DNA from: Candidatus Uhrbacteria bacterium RIFCSPHIGHO2_02_FULL_46_47
GTDB taxonomy: Bacteria > Patescibacteriota > Patescibacteriia > GWA2-47-26
Direction: 5' to 3'
Assembly: GCA_001790815.1 (NCBI GenBank)
Contig: MGDU01000018.1
Coordinates: 788-64,787 of the forward strand
DNA: 64,000 bases
The position numbers were made by a program, and so were the translations under genes. The notes under the pieces were generated by a model. It worked only from the letters and a program-made list of their open reading frames with translations, was not told the origin of the DNA and made no database searches. This document shows, in pieces, positions 1 through 7,952 of this stretch (positions are counted from its first letter, which is position 1; every line of letters starts with the position of its first letter).

Positions 1-95
1 GGCGTGATTAAAAGTATGGTTTTACACCCTGTGTCGCTATGGTATACTGTATTTGTGGTGAGAACTCTTTCAATGTATAGCGAATATAGGGTGAT

Positions 96-275
96 ATGAA
101 AGATCAATTTTTCAAAATCTACGCGAATCTACCCCTCAATCTCCGCTCTGAGATTGTTTTAGTTTTGTCTGACAGGGGCCCCATTACATGGAATGTGGCA
201 TACACTGAAATTAATAATGATACTAAGCTCGGGGAACTTATACTACAAAAATTACAAGAATTAAAGATTATCTGA
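96..275 (+). CDS. Small hypothetical protein (59 aa, MKDQFFKIYANLPLNLRSEIVLV...LQELKII); first gene of a 3-gene cassette
   Basis: Translated by hand (below the ORF-track cutoff): ATG at 96, TGA at 273-275. Upstream extended -10 TGG-TATACT (TATACT at 43-48). Ends 6 nt before the next ORF. Confidence 0.7.
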   Translation: MKDQFFKIYANLPLNLRSEIVLVLSDRGPITWNVAYTEINNDTKLGELILQKLQELKII

Positions 276-281
276 ACCTGT

Positions 282-497
282 ATGGAAGACGAAATCAAAG
301 AACTTGTTATCGCTCGCCTACAAACATTGCCTGACGATATTTCTGTTTCGGTGGGAGCCGATGGGGAATATTCGAGAGATCAGATCATTCAACATGTCGA
401 AGAAGGGGATGAAGTTGGGAAAAAAATGGTTGAGATTGAAATGAATTTTTTGCGCAGCCTTAAAGAGGGAAAACTTTACGAAACATATGGGGAGTAG
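282..497 (+). CDS. Small acidic hypothetical protein (71 aa)
   Basis: ORF track; tightly coupled to both neighbours and overlaps the next start. Confidence 0.75.
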   Translation: MEDEIKELVIARLQTLPDDISVSVGADGEYSRDQIIQHVEEGDEVGKKMVEIEMNFLRSLKEGKLYETYGE

Positions 498-1146
498 TGT
501 TCTTTTTACGCGTCCCCGGCATGATTATCCAACTCGATATCTTGCAACATGGAATGATGAAATAATTGAGCGTGCAAAAGAAAAGCGGATGGATGTGTTC
601 GATTTAGAGGGAAAGAGGGCGAAGCGTAAAAATGTAGAGAGTTTTTTGCAACATAAGCAACCGAATCTTGTTTTATTCAATGGCCATGGGGGCCCTGATT
701 TGATCATGGGTCATGAAAATGAGATTATCATGCGGGTGCGGAACAATGAGAGTATGCTTGCCAAAACTATCGTGTATGCGCTTGCATGCGCTTCTGGGGC
801 GATACTTGGTCCTGCATGTGTAAAGGCCGGTGCTCGAGCATATATTGGTTATGACGCTGATTTTACATTTATGCGTTTGAATAATTTTCGTACCCATCCT
901 CAGGATGACTCTCTCGCCAAGCTTTTCTCTGGGCCATCAAATTTAATAGGTACTACCTTAATCAAAGGTCATACAGCGGGAGATGCATATAAGCGTTCTC
1001 AAAAGGCTTTTCGCCGAAATATCAACCGCTTGATTTCAAGCGAGACGAGGCCGGAGGAAAGTGCAACACTGCGATATCTTCTGTGGGATATGCAGCATCA
1101 AGTTTGCCTTGGCAATAAAGAAGCAAAGATAGTATCGGATATTTGA
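487..1146 (+). CDS. Putative clan CD (caspase/CHAT/gingipain-like) cysteine peptidase
   Basis: Motifs VLFNGHG and VYALAC-SG with spacing typical of a His/Cys dyad; followed by AYIGY. Confidence 0.6.
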   Translation: MGSSVLFTRPRHDYPTRYLATWNDEIIERAKEKRMDVFDLEGKRAKRKNVESFLQHKQPNLVLFNGHGGPDLIMGHENEIIMRVRNNESMLAKTIVYALACASGAILGPACVKAGARAYIGYDADFTFMRLNNFRTHPQDDSLAKLFSGPSNLIGTTLIKGHTAGDAYKRSQKAFRRNINRLISSETRPEESATLRYLLWDMQHQVCLGNKEAKIVSDI

Positions 1147-1222
1147 TATTACGCTGAAATATAGGCGCGATTCTCCCTAAACCACGTTCCCACTTCGTTC
1201 ACTAGCGCCCGCCAGAAAAAAA

Positions 1223-1251
1223 TAAAAATCCCCGCTTAAGCGGGGATTTTT
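1223..1251. terminator. Bidirectional intrinsic terminator
   Basis: AAAAATCCCCGC-TTAA-GCGGGGATTTTT between convergent genes. Confidence 0.8.
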
Positions 1252-1261
1252 CATTACAGAT

Positions 1262-1606
1262 TTATTTAACACTCATCACAATCTTTGAAAAGACCTGAGG
1301 GTATTCAATGGCCAGGGTGGACAGCACTTTGCGATCAAGGGCAATGCCTTTTTTATGAAGTGCCGCAATTAGAGTGGAGTACTTCATCCCTTCTTCACGC
1401 GCCGCGGCATTGACCCGGATATTCCAAAGCGCGCGAAATTCACGCTTTTTGCGGCGACGATCAACATAGGCGTGCGCGCCGGCTTTGAGCACAGCCGGAA
1501 TCATCAGGGTAATCTTGGACTTGCGTCCCCACATGTACCCTTTGGTAGCTTGTAAATATTTTTTGCGCCGCTTTACGCGGTGTGTTCCTCGTTTGACTCG
1601 TGGCAT
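1262..1606 (-). CDS. rplT: 50S ribosomal protein L20
   Basis: MPRVKRG...KGY.G...AYVDRRRKKREFRALW..R.NAAAR...LDRKVL; infC-rpmI-rplT order. Confidence 0.98.
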   Translation of the reverse strand: MPRVKRGTHRVKRRKKYLQATKGYMWGRKSKITLMIPAVLKAGAHAYVDRRRKKREFRALWNIRVNAAAREEGMKYSTLIAALHKKGIALDRKVLSTLAIEYPQVFSKIVMSVK

Positions 1607-1678
1607 AGTGTCTGGGTTATGAGTTACGGGTTATGAGTATAATACACTCTTAACTCATCAACTCTTAACTTAATTCCT

Positions 1679-1873
1679 TTAATTCCATGGCATTAATTTC
1701 TTAACATTAGGAGCATGGTGCTCAGAAAACGTAATATCGCGCCGTTTGGTGCGCGTTACATTTCCTGATTCCCGCGCGTTAAAGTGATCTTGCCCACCTT
1801 TGCGGATCAAAACCTTTCCCTTTTTGGTAACTTTAAATCTCTTGGAGAGTGATTTTGGAGTTTTTAATTTCAT
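1679..1873 (-). CDS. rpmI: 50S ribosomal protein L35
   Basis: MKLKT.KS..KRFKVT..GK...HF; start trimmed to the ATG at 1873. Confidence 0.95.
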   Translation of the reverse strand: MKLKTPKSLSKRFKVTKKGKVLIRKGGQDHFNARESGNVTRTKRRDITFSEHHAPNVKKLMPWN

Positions 1874-1959
1874 ACATGTGTACGAACCTACGAAAGGGGA
1901 CAAAACTACGAACAATTAAATTTCGTGATTTCGTTATAGTTCGTTGGTTCGTATACGAA

Positions 1960-2496
1960 TTATTTCTTAGCTACTACCATAGAGAGTATTCCTCCTTGAC
2001 GCTCAAATGGTTGATCTATCCTTATATTTGGCAAGGAGGCAACAAAATTCTCAAGAATCTTGCGCGCGAGATCTGCGTGCTCACGCTCACGGCCCTTGAG
2101 AATAATTTCAACACGCACTCGATTCCCCTCTGACATAAAACGCTCCGCCTGATCGCGCCGCACCTGAAGATCATGCTCACCAATACGCAGTGAAAGACGG
2201 ATTCCTTTTACCTCCACGGTCTTGGCGTGTACTTTTTGCTTGCGAATCTCCTTCTCCTTTTGATATTTAAACTGGCCATAGCCGATAATCTTTGCAACCG
2301 GCGGATTGGCTCCGGGATTTAATTCCACCAAATCCATTCCTCGCTCGCGCGCAAGCGCAAGCGCCTTGGAAGTATCCATAACATCCAGGTGTTCGCCATG
2401 CTCGTCAATCACGCGTACTTGCGGTACGCGAATCCACTCGTTGTAGCGAACGAGCGTGGCTTGAACTGGCTTTGGTCTGTGTCGTGATATTCGCAT
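1960..2496 (-). CDS. infC: Translation initiation factor IF-3
   Basis: NE.IR...VRVID..G, DLVE...A.PPVAKI..YG..KY, KGRE motifs. Confidence 0.97.
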   Translation of the reverse strand: MRISRHRPKPVQATLVRYNEWIRVPQVRVIDEHGEHLDVMDTSKALALARERGMDLVELNPGANPPVAKIIGYGQFKYQKEKEIRKQKVHAKTVEVKGIRLSLRIGEHDLQVRRDQAERFMSEGNRVRVEIILKGREREHADLARKILENFVASLPNIRIDQPFERQGGILSMVVAKK

Positions 2497-2502
2497 TTTT
2501 AG

Positions 2503-2882
2503 TGGTGGAGATGAGGGGTATCGAACCCCTGTCTGGAAATAGTGAACTCTTGATGCACTACAAGGTTAGTACTCTTTTGGTTTTAAGCAGAAATCGAAGT
2601 GTACAAACAATATTCTGCCGAGTACCTGCCAAGATTCGGAAATCACATCGTGGCACATAATGTGATACCTATCCTCTTATTACACCAGCAACCCTTTAGA
2701 GGAGTCAAGGACTGATGTGCCCAGCGTTATTAGGCGCGGGCAAAAGCAGGAGCGCGAAACGCGCTCGCTACTGTTGAGAATACGTTTTTGGCATGTATCT
2801 CTTTGCGCGAAGATTTTAGAGCGTACGCGCGTGCTCTCCTTGCACACCTTGAGAATCTTCTCCATCAAAGCCGTTCATCCCC
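2503..2882 (-). ncRNA. ssrA: tmRNA; predicted tag (A)AKNVFSTVASAFRAPAFARA**
   Basis: 5' GGGGAUG pairs with 3' CAUCUCC-ACCA (G3:U70). T-arm AGGGG-TTCGATA-CCCCT. Tag ORF at 2792-2733 followed by TAA TAA. Lies directly downstream of smpB. Confidence 0.95.
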
Positions 2883-2888
2883 AAATTT

Positions 2889-3338
2889 TCAAGCTTTCCG
2901 TTTTAACTTCTCTCGGATTTCTCGATCAACCGCGCGTTTCTTAATTACCTCGCGTTTTTCGTATTTTTTGCGGCCGCGACCAAGCCCAAGTTCAACTTTC
3001 AAACGGCGTCCCCTAGTATACACGGATAACGGTACAAGTGTCAAGCGCTCGGCCTCAAGCTTACCCATAAGCTCTTTAATTTCCCGGGCGCGCAATAAAA
3101 GCTTGCGGCTACGGGTCGGATCATAACTGGGAAGCGCTCCGGCCTTTTTATACGGGCTGATATGCGCGTTTAACAGCCAGACCTCGCCGGCTTTGAGCGT
3201 GGCATAAGCGCCTTTAAGCGAAACATTACCGCCACGCACGGATTTCACCTCTTGTCCGGAAAGCACAATGCCGGCCTCATAGATTTTAAGGATATCATAA
3301 TCAAATTTTGCTCTAGAATTAGTGGCAAGGGTGGACAT
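2889..3338 (-). CDS. smpB: SsrA-binding protein SmpB
   Basis: N.RAKFDY, EAGIVLSG.EVKS.R, R.RKLLL, G.GRKKYEKRE; start trimmed to MSTLATN. Confidence 0.98.
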   Translation of the reverse strand: MSTLATNSRAKFDYDILKIYEAGIVLSGQEVKSVRGGNVSLKGAYATLKAGEVWLLNAHISPYKKAGALPSYDPTRSRKLLLRAREIKELMGKLEAERLTLVPLSVYTRGRRLKVELGLGRGRKKYEKREVIKKRAVDREIREKLKRKA

Positions 3339-3455
3339 AGATAAGTGTAACGTGAAACGTGTAGCGTGTAACACTAGTATAGCATATTTTAAATAAGAAG
3401 ACGGCGCCGAGGTTGAACCAAGGCGCCGAGGAACGGAAACGGGCGGGGAGGGACA

Positions 3456-3638
3456 TCAGGAGTCGATGTCCTTGATGATGGCGTGGCAGGCAACCACGCC
3501 GGAAAGGACGAACATCGTGAGCGCGGCCGCCACAGCGTGCATCGGGATCTTCACGCCCTGGCAGTAGCCATAGGCCATGCCCGTTAGCGTGAATCCCATG
3601 GCAACAGCCAGCGGACCGCCAACCATCACCCGCAACAT
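3456..3638 (-). CDS. Small hydrophobic hypothetical protein (60 aa, two TM-like segments)
   Basis: MLRVMVGGPLAVAMGF...; TGATG coupling with the upstream ORF; GC-rich islet; hairpin downstream at about 3400-3430. Confidence 0.5.
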   Translation of the reverse strand: MLRVMVGGPLAVAMGFTLTGMAYGYCQGVKIPMHAVAAALTMFVLSGVVACHAIIKDIDS

Positions 3639-3844
3639 CAGCGCACCACCACGACGTGGCGGGGCGAGCGGATGCGGCGCAGGCGGGCGATCAGACAGCG
3701 CGGCTCGATGGTGAACCGGGCGAGTTGTCGGCCGCGCCAGCCAAGCTCGCGCCAGCCCTGCTGGCGCATGTACTCGCGCACCACGATGGACACGAGCGTG
3801 AGGATCAACCCCGCGACGAACAGCTGTCCGATGATCTCTCGCAT
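3638..3844 (-). CDS. Small membrane-anchored basic hypothetical protein (68 aa)
   Basis: SD-like GAAAGGGGG. Upstream promoter TTGACA-17-TATTAT at about 3970-3942. N-terminal TM segment. Confidence 0.55.
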   Translation of the reverse strand: MREIIGQLFVAGLILTLVSIVVREYMRQQGWRELGWRGRQLARFTIEPRCLIARLRRIRSPRHVVVVR

Positions 3845-4074
3845 GGTAAGAACCCCCTTTCAAGGGTGATGACCGCGCGACATGCGCGGTCTCAAGCTTG
3901 CCTTTTAAAAACAAAAAGCATCCTTGAAACCACGATGCTACATAATATCACGAAGTTGCGACTTTGTCAACCCCTAAAGGGCAAAGAGAATCGTATTCAG
4001 CGCTCAGTTTACAAATGAGAGCCAGCACCCGGCTCAATGGGTGGGCGGGGTTACGCAATGAACAAATATGATCC

Positions 4075-4308
4075 CTAACTGGGAAGCCGGCTCGCGTGCA
4101 TGATGGTAAGACCCACGATGCGCTCGCCACGCCGACGCACGAGTATATTATTTTCAAGCAGTTCACTATCGGTGGCCTGTTGCGGACGCTCAAACGAAAC
4201 ATACAGGACATCTGCTTCTTTATCATAATCAAACCACGCATGAGGATATTGCATGCGCAAAAAAATGGGAACTGCTTTTAATGTTTCTTGGATTGCGATT
4301 TGCGCCAT
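4075..4308 (-). CDS. DUF2283-like protein (putative antitoxin)
   Basis: YDKEADVLYVSF...IVGLTI signature. Confidence 0.8.
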   Translation of the reverse strand: MAQIAIQETLKAVPIFLRMQYPHAWFDYDKEADVLYVSFERPQQATDSELLENNILVRRRGERIVGLTIMHASRLPS

Positions 4309-4601
4309 ATAGTTGAACGATGTTTGGTAAGTTGGTCAGATTTTGAAGTTTGAAAGGCGGTAATAATAAATCCATTCTTTGGCGGCATTTCTCGATAGAC
4401 CACGACAAGTGCAAGCGGTATAAGTTCGCGCACGGCAAGCAATTCACCTTCCTCTCCTTGCACAATATAATCCGGTTCAGCCACTGCTTCGAGTACCTCG
4501 TGAAATTGTCCTGCCAGATCATCGTGGTTTTCAACAATATGCACCCACCGCTCACTGGTAAGCCGAATCGGCACGGAATTTATTGAGAGCACCATCTCCA
4601 T
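4278..4601 (-). CDS. Putative RelE/BECR-fold (DUF4258-like) toxin-type RNase
   Basis: IRLT.ERW.HI...H, EPD.I..G, LVVVY.E...GFIITAF; overlaps the DUF2283 gene. Confidence 0.6.
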   Translation of the reverse strand: MEMVLSINSVPIRLTSERWVHIVENHDDLAGQFHEVLEAVAEPDYIVQGEEGELLAVRELIPLALVVVYREMPPKNGFIITAFQTSKSDQLTKHRSTIWRKSQSKKH

Positions 4602-4664
4602 AGTGATTTACAAGTGTGGGTAGTTTCACTATACCATAACGATCTGATGTGTCAAATCCTACCA

Positions 4665-6110
4665 CTAAAGCGTTTTTACCACGGCAAAACTTTGCGCGTG
4701 CGGGGCAGGGTGATCACTACTGACTATCACGATTTTACTTCCCTTTTTAAACCCACTGGCGTGCGCTTGAGCAATCAGTTTTTCTTCCAATTCTTTGCGT
4801 GTCGCAACTTCAGGAAGCAAAAATGGCCGTACTCCCCAGGAAAGATTTATTTGGCGCAAAACTCGCGTGAAAGGCGTTCCAATAATCAATTCCACCTCAC
4901 TGCGATAGCGGGAAAGCAAGCGCGCGGTGTGCCCGGTAACCGTGCCGGCCACAATGGCCTTGGCCTCTTCAGTGCGCGCCTGCATGGCGGCCAAAAGCGC
5001 CGTCTCTTCTTCGGGATTTCCATGATGGATTTCTCCGCCAATGGAAAGATCATCAAAGCGGGATTTTTCTGTTTTCTGAATAATGGCGGACATGATGCGC
5101 ACTGTCTCAATAGGATACGCGCCGGTTGCGCTTTCTCCGGAAAGCATGACCGCGTCTGTATGATCAATCACCGCGTTGGCCACATCTGAGGCCTCGGCGC
5201 GGGTTGGCCGCGGCGCGCGCTCCATAGAAGCCAGCATTTCAGTTGCCACAATAACCGGCACAGCCCTCCGGCGGCATTTTTCAATCAGTTCTTTTTGAAT
5301 AAGAGGCACTTCTTCAGGGCTGGTGGCAAGCGCCAAATCACCGCGGGCAATCATCACTCCGTCACAGACGCGCAAAATTTCTTCAAAATTATGTACGGCC
5401 TCGCGGGTTTCTATTTTGACGATAATTTTAATACCCGGAAGCTCAGCTTCCGTACGGAAGCTGAGCTTCCTCAACATCAATTTTCGTAATGCCAGCACAT
5501 CCTCAGCTTTTTTCACAAACGACAACGCCACAAAATCAATGTCTTGGGTTTTACTCCAGGCAATGTCTTTCCTGTCTTTTGATGTTATGGACGGCAACGG
5601 AAGCGAACCGCCGGCAATCGCGATGCCTTTGTGCGACTTAAGCTCTCCGCCAAGTATTACCCGCGCATGAATATCCTTTCCTGTAACACGTTCAACCACG
5701 CACTCAATTGTGCCGTCCGCAATTAGCAAGTGTGCGCCTTTTTTCACATATTTATGAAAATTAGGCACGGCAATAGGAATTTTGAAGTTATGAGTTATTG
5801 AGTTATGGGTTATGAGTATTGAGTTGCCTGTTGTAAAAATAATCTTTTGTCCTACTCTTAACTCATAACTCCTAACTCCTAACTCTCCAATCCTCGCCTT
5901 TGATCCTTGCAAATCAACTATTATTGCAATTGGCTTGCCGGTTTTTTTCTCTATGGCGCGCAAATTGGAAATAACGCGGCTATTCCAATTATAATCTCCA
6001 TGCGACATATTCAACCGCGCCACATTCATCCCTGCGCTTATCATTTTCTCAAGCGTGGCTGGTTTTTCTGATGCAGGACCTATTGTGCAGACAATTTTGG
6101 TTCGTTTCAT
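4665..6110 (-). CDS. pyk: Pyruvate kinase (with in-frame repeat insertions)
   Basis: TKIVCTIGPAS, GMNVARLN.SHG, KIE, DGVMIARGDL, PTRAEASDVANA, MLSGESA.G.YP. Confidence 0.98.
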   Translation of the reverse strand: MKRTKIVCTIGPASEKPATLEKMISAGMNVARLNMSHGDYNWNSRVISNLRAIEKKTGKPIAIIVDLQGSKARIGELGVRSYELRVGQKIIFTTGNSILITHNSITHNFKIPIAVPNFHKYVKKGAHLLIADGTIECVVERVTGKDIHARVILGGELKSHKGIAIAGGSLPLPSITSKDRKDIAWSKTQDIDFVALSFVKKAEDVLALRKLMLRKLSFRTEAELPGIKIIVKIETREAVHNFEEILRVCDGVMIARGDLALATSPEEVPLIQKELIEKCRRRAVPVIVATEMLASMERAPRPTRAEASDVANAVIDHTDAVMLSGESATGAYPIETVRIMSAIIQKTEKSRFDDLSIGGEIHHGNPEEETALLAAMQARTEEAKAIVAGTVTGHTARLLSRYRSEVELIIGTPFTRVLRQINLSWGVRPFLLPEVATRKELEEKLIAQAHASGFKKGSKIVIVSSDHPAPHAQSFAVVKTL

Positions 6111-6212
6111 AGATATGCAATGCGGATGACGCGGATTACCATGCGGATCTACAGATGTCGCGGATGAATTATCCGTAGATCAGCATGAATCCGTAGATCG
6201 GCGTTGCGATTA

Positions 6213-7523
6213 TTATTTTAACTCCTCCAACACCACTTTTATTTCTTTTTCCTTTCCTTGGCTTAACACTTTGAGCACCAGCGTATCTCCAACTTTATGC
6301 TTTTGAATCTGTGATGCAAGCGATGTTTCCTCGGTAATCTTGACCTTGTCAATCTCTAAAATAATATCATTTTCACGCAGACTGGCTTTGTCCGCAGGAG
6401 AGCCGGGTACAACTGCAAGATCCGTTCGGCGATCTCCGCGCACAATAAGCGCGCCGTAGTCCACTGGCAATTTATTTTCCTGCGCAAGCTCTGGGTTGAT
6501 AATAATATAGCGCACGCCAAGCCATGGTCGTACAATCCTTCCTACGCTTCTTATACTCTCAATAGCCAGTTTGGCTGGATTTATAGGAATCGCAAAGCCA
6601 ACGTTCTGTCCTGCTGAAGATACGGCGGTATTAATGCCAACTACTTCCCCGCGCAAATTCACCAACGGCCCCCCAGAATTTCCCGGATTAATTGCCGCGT
6701 CGGTCTGTATCGCCTCCTCTATAACTTCAGAGCCAATGCCCGGACCACCGGCAGTAACTCTGCGCTTAATGCCAGAAACAACACCTTTGGTAATAGTGTT
6801 GGAAAATTCTGAAAGAGCGTTTCCGATTGCAATGACTGTTTCGCCGATTTGCAGCTTATCTGAATTGCCAAGCTTTGCTGTTGGAAGATTCTTTGCCTCA
6901 ATCTTAAGAAATCCTAAATCAATGAAGGGATCGCGAGCAAGAACCTTTGCCTCGTAGCGTTTGCCATCTGCGGTCACCACAGTATAGCTTGCCTGATCAT
7001 CAAATATAACGTGCTTGTTCGTAGCAATAAGACCGTCGGAGGCAATAATAAATCCTGTGCCTCCACCAACCTGCCTCCTTTGCGGCGGGCTTTGCGGTTG
7101 CTGCTGCTCCGGCATTTCAATTTCAAATCCAAACTCCCGAAAAAGATCCTCGGGGAAAATAGGGCCGGTTGAGCGCGCAGAGATTTCTTTGGAGATGACA
7201 ATGGAAACCACCGCGGGAGATACTCGCCGCACTACTTCTTCAGTGCTAAGCTCAACTATCGCATTTTTACCCTCACCCTCCCCTCTCCCTAAGGGAGAGG
7301 AATCTACTTTTACTCCCTCTCCCCGTGTGGGAGAGGGTTGGGGTAAGGGGAAGTTACGCGGCACGATCCATTGTAACGACGACGGCAATGACGTACGCAA
7401 ACTCTGTCCCAAATTCCCCGCGGCAATCTGGGTCACCACAATACCGCCGGCAAGTCCTGAAGCGCCACCTACCACAAGACTAATGGCAACTGAAATAATA
7501 ATGGTTTTTCTGAATTCGGACAT
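6213..7523 (-). CDS. htrA: HtrA/DegP-family serine protease with N-terminal TM and PDZ domain
   Basis: GTGFII, TNKHV, IQTDAAINPGNSGGPL, C-terminal PDZ. Confidence 0.95.
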   Translation of the reverse strand: MSEFRKTIIISVAISLVVGGASGLAGGIVVTQIAAGNLGQSLRTSLPSSLQWIVPRNFPLPQPSPTRGEGVKVDSSPLGRGEGEGKNAIVELSTEEVVRRVSPAVVSIVISKEISARSTGPIFPEDLFREFGFEIEMPEQQQPQSPPQRRQVGGGTGFIIASDGLIATNKHVIFDDQASYTVVTADGKRYEAKVLARDPFIDLGFLKIEAKNLPTAKLGNSDKLQIGETVIAIGNALSEFSNTITKGVVSGIKRRVTAGGPGIGSEVIEEAIQTDAAINPGNSGGPLVNLRGEVVGINTAVSSAGQNVGFAIPINPAKLAIESIRSVGRIVRPWLGVRYIIINPELAQENKLPVDYGALIVRGDRRTDLAVVPGSPADKASLRENDIILEIDKVKITEETSLASQIQKHKVGDTLVLKVLSQGKEKEIKVVLEELK

Positions 7524-7714
7524 GGGGTAGGGATTAGGTTTTAGGTTTTAGGGGTTAGTAAATTATTTTACCACGCGATGGCAAGGGATTTCAATGGGGT
7601 GTGGATCGCATACGAGAAATGGCTCGTACCATTGTGCGTCAGGCGGAGGAAATGCCTACACCAGAACTTCCAACGCTGTATGTCCACCTCGGACCTACGG
7701 CACTTTTTTAATCA

Positions 7715-7782
7715 CAAAAGCCCCATAAAGGGGCTTCCATGCGGGATCCTAGTCCCGATGACTTAGAAATCGTTGTCAGCAT
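7715..7782 (-). ncRNA. Small RNA (copy 1) with 5' segment antisense to the anticodon arm of the adjacent tRNA-like gene
   Basis: Promoter TTGACA(7815-7810)-17-TATATT(7792-7787). 5' GCTGACAACGATT, then AAGTCA, a GGGA..TCCC hairpin and terminator AAGCCCC-TTTAT-GGGGCTTTT. Same layout at 45835-45901. Confidence 0.75.
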
Positions 7783-7839
7783 TTTAAATATAACATATTC
7801 TCAAGATATTGTCAAGTGTTCTTATCCACACCTAACCGG

Positions 7840-7912
7840 TGGTGGACCGTAGGGGAATTGAACCCCTCTGGAATCGCTGACAACGATTCCTGGTCACCAG
7901 ACACAACGGCCC
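7840..7912 (-). ncRNA. Non-canonical tRNA-like RNA (copy 1): Ala-type acceptor, GUC (Asp) anticodon
   Basis: GGGCCGT/ACGGTCC-A-CCA acceptor; mini D arm GTC-TGGT-GAC; 7-bp stem GGAATCG/CGATTCC with loop TTGTCAG; AG variable region; T arm AGGGG-TTCAATT-CCCCT. Extended -10 TG-A-TAAAAT at 7938-7930. Confidence 0.8.
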
Positions 7913-7952
7913 GACCCACCGGGTCTGATATTTTATCACATTATTTACTACT

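Noticed and set aside
7578-7766. 62-aa ORF overlapping the sRNA (and 45820-46056 at copy 2) as a peptide toxin
   Set aside because: The two ORFs are unrelated in sequence and orientation relative to the module and lack SDs; conservation is at the RNA level.
7840-7912. Ordinary tRNA-Asp, tRNA-Pyl/Sec, or a prophage att remnant
   Set aside because: A73 and G3:U70, the mini D arm and the 7-bp anticodon stem do not fit tRNA-Asp. The anticodon is not CUA or UCA. It is full length with its own promoter, has a structurally conserved second copy, and no integrase is nearby.
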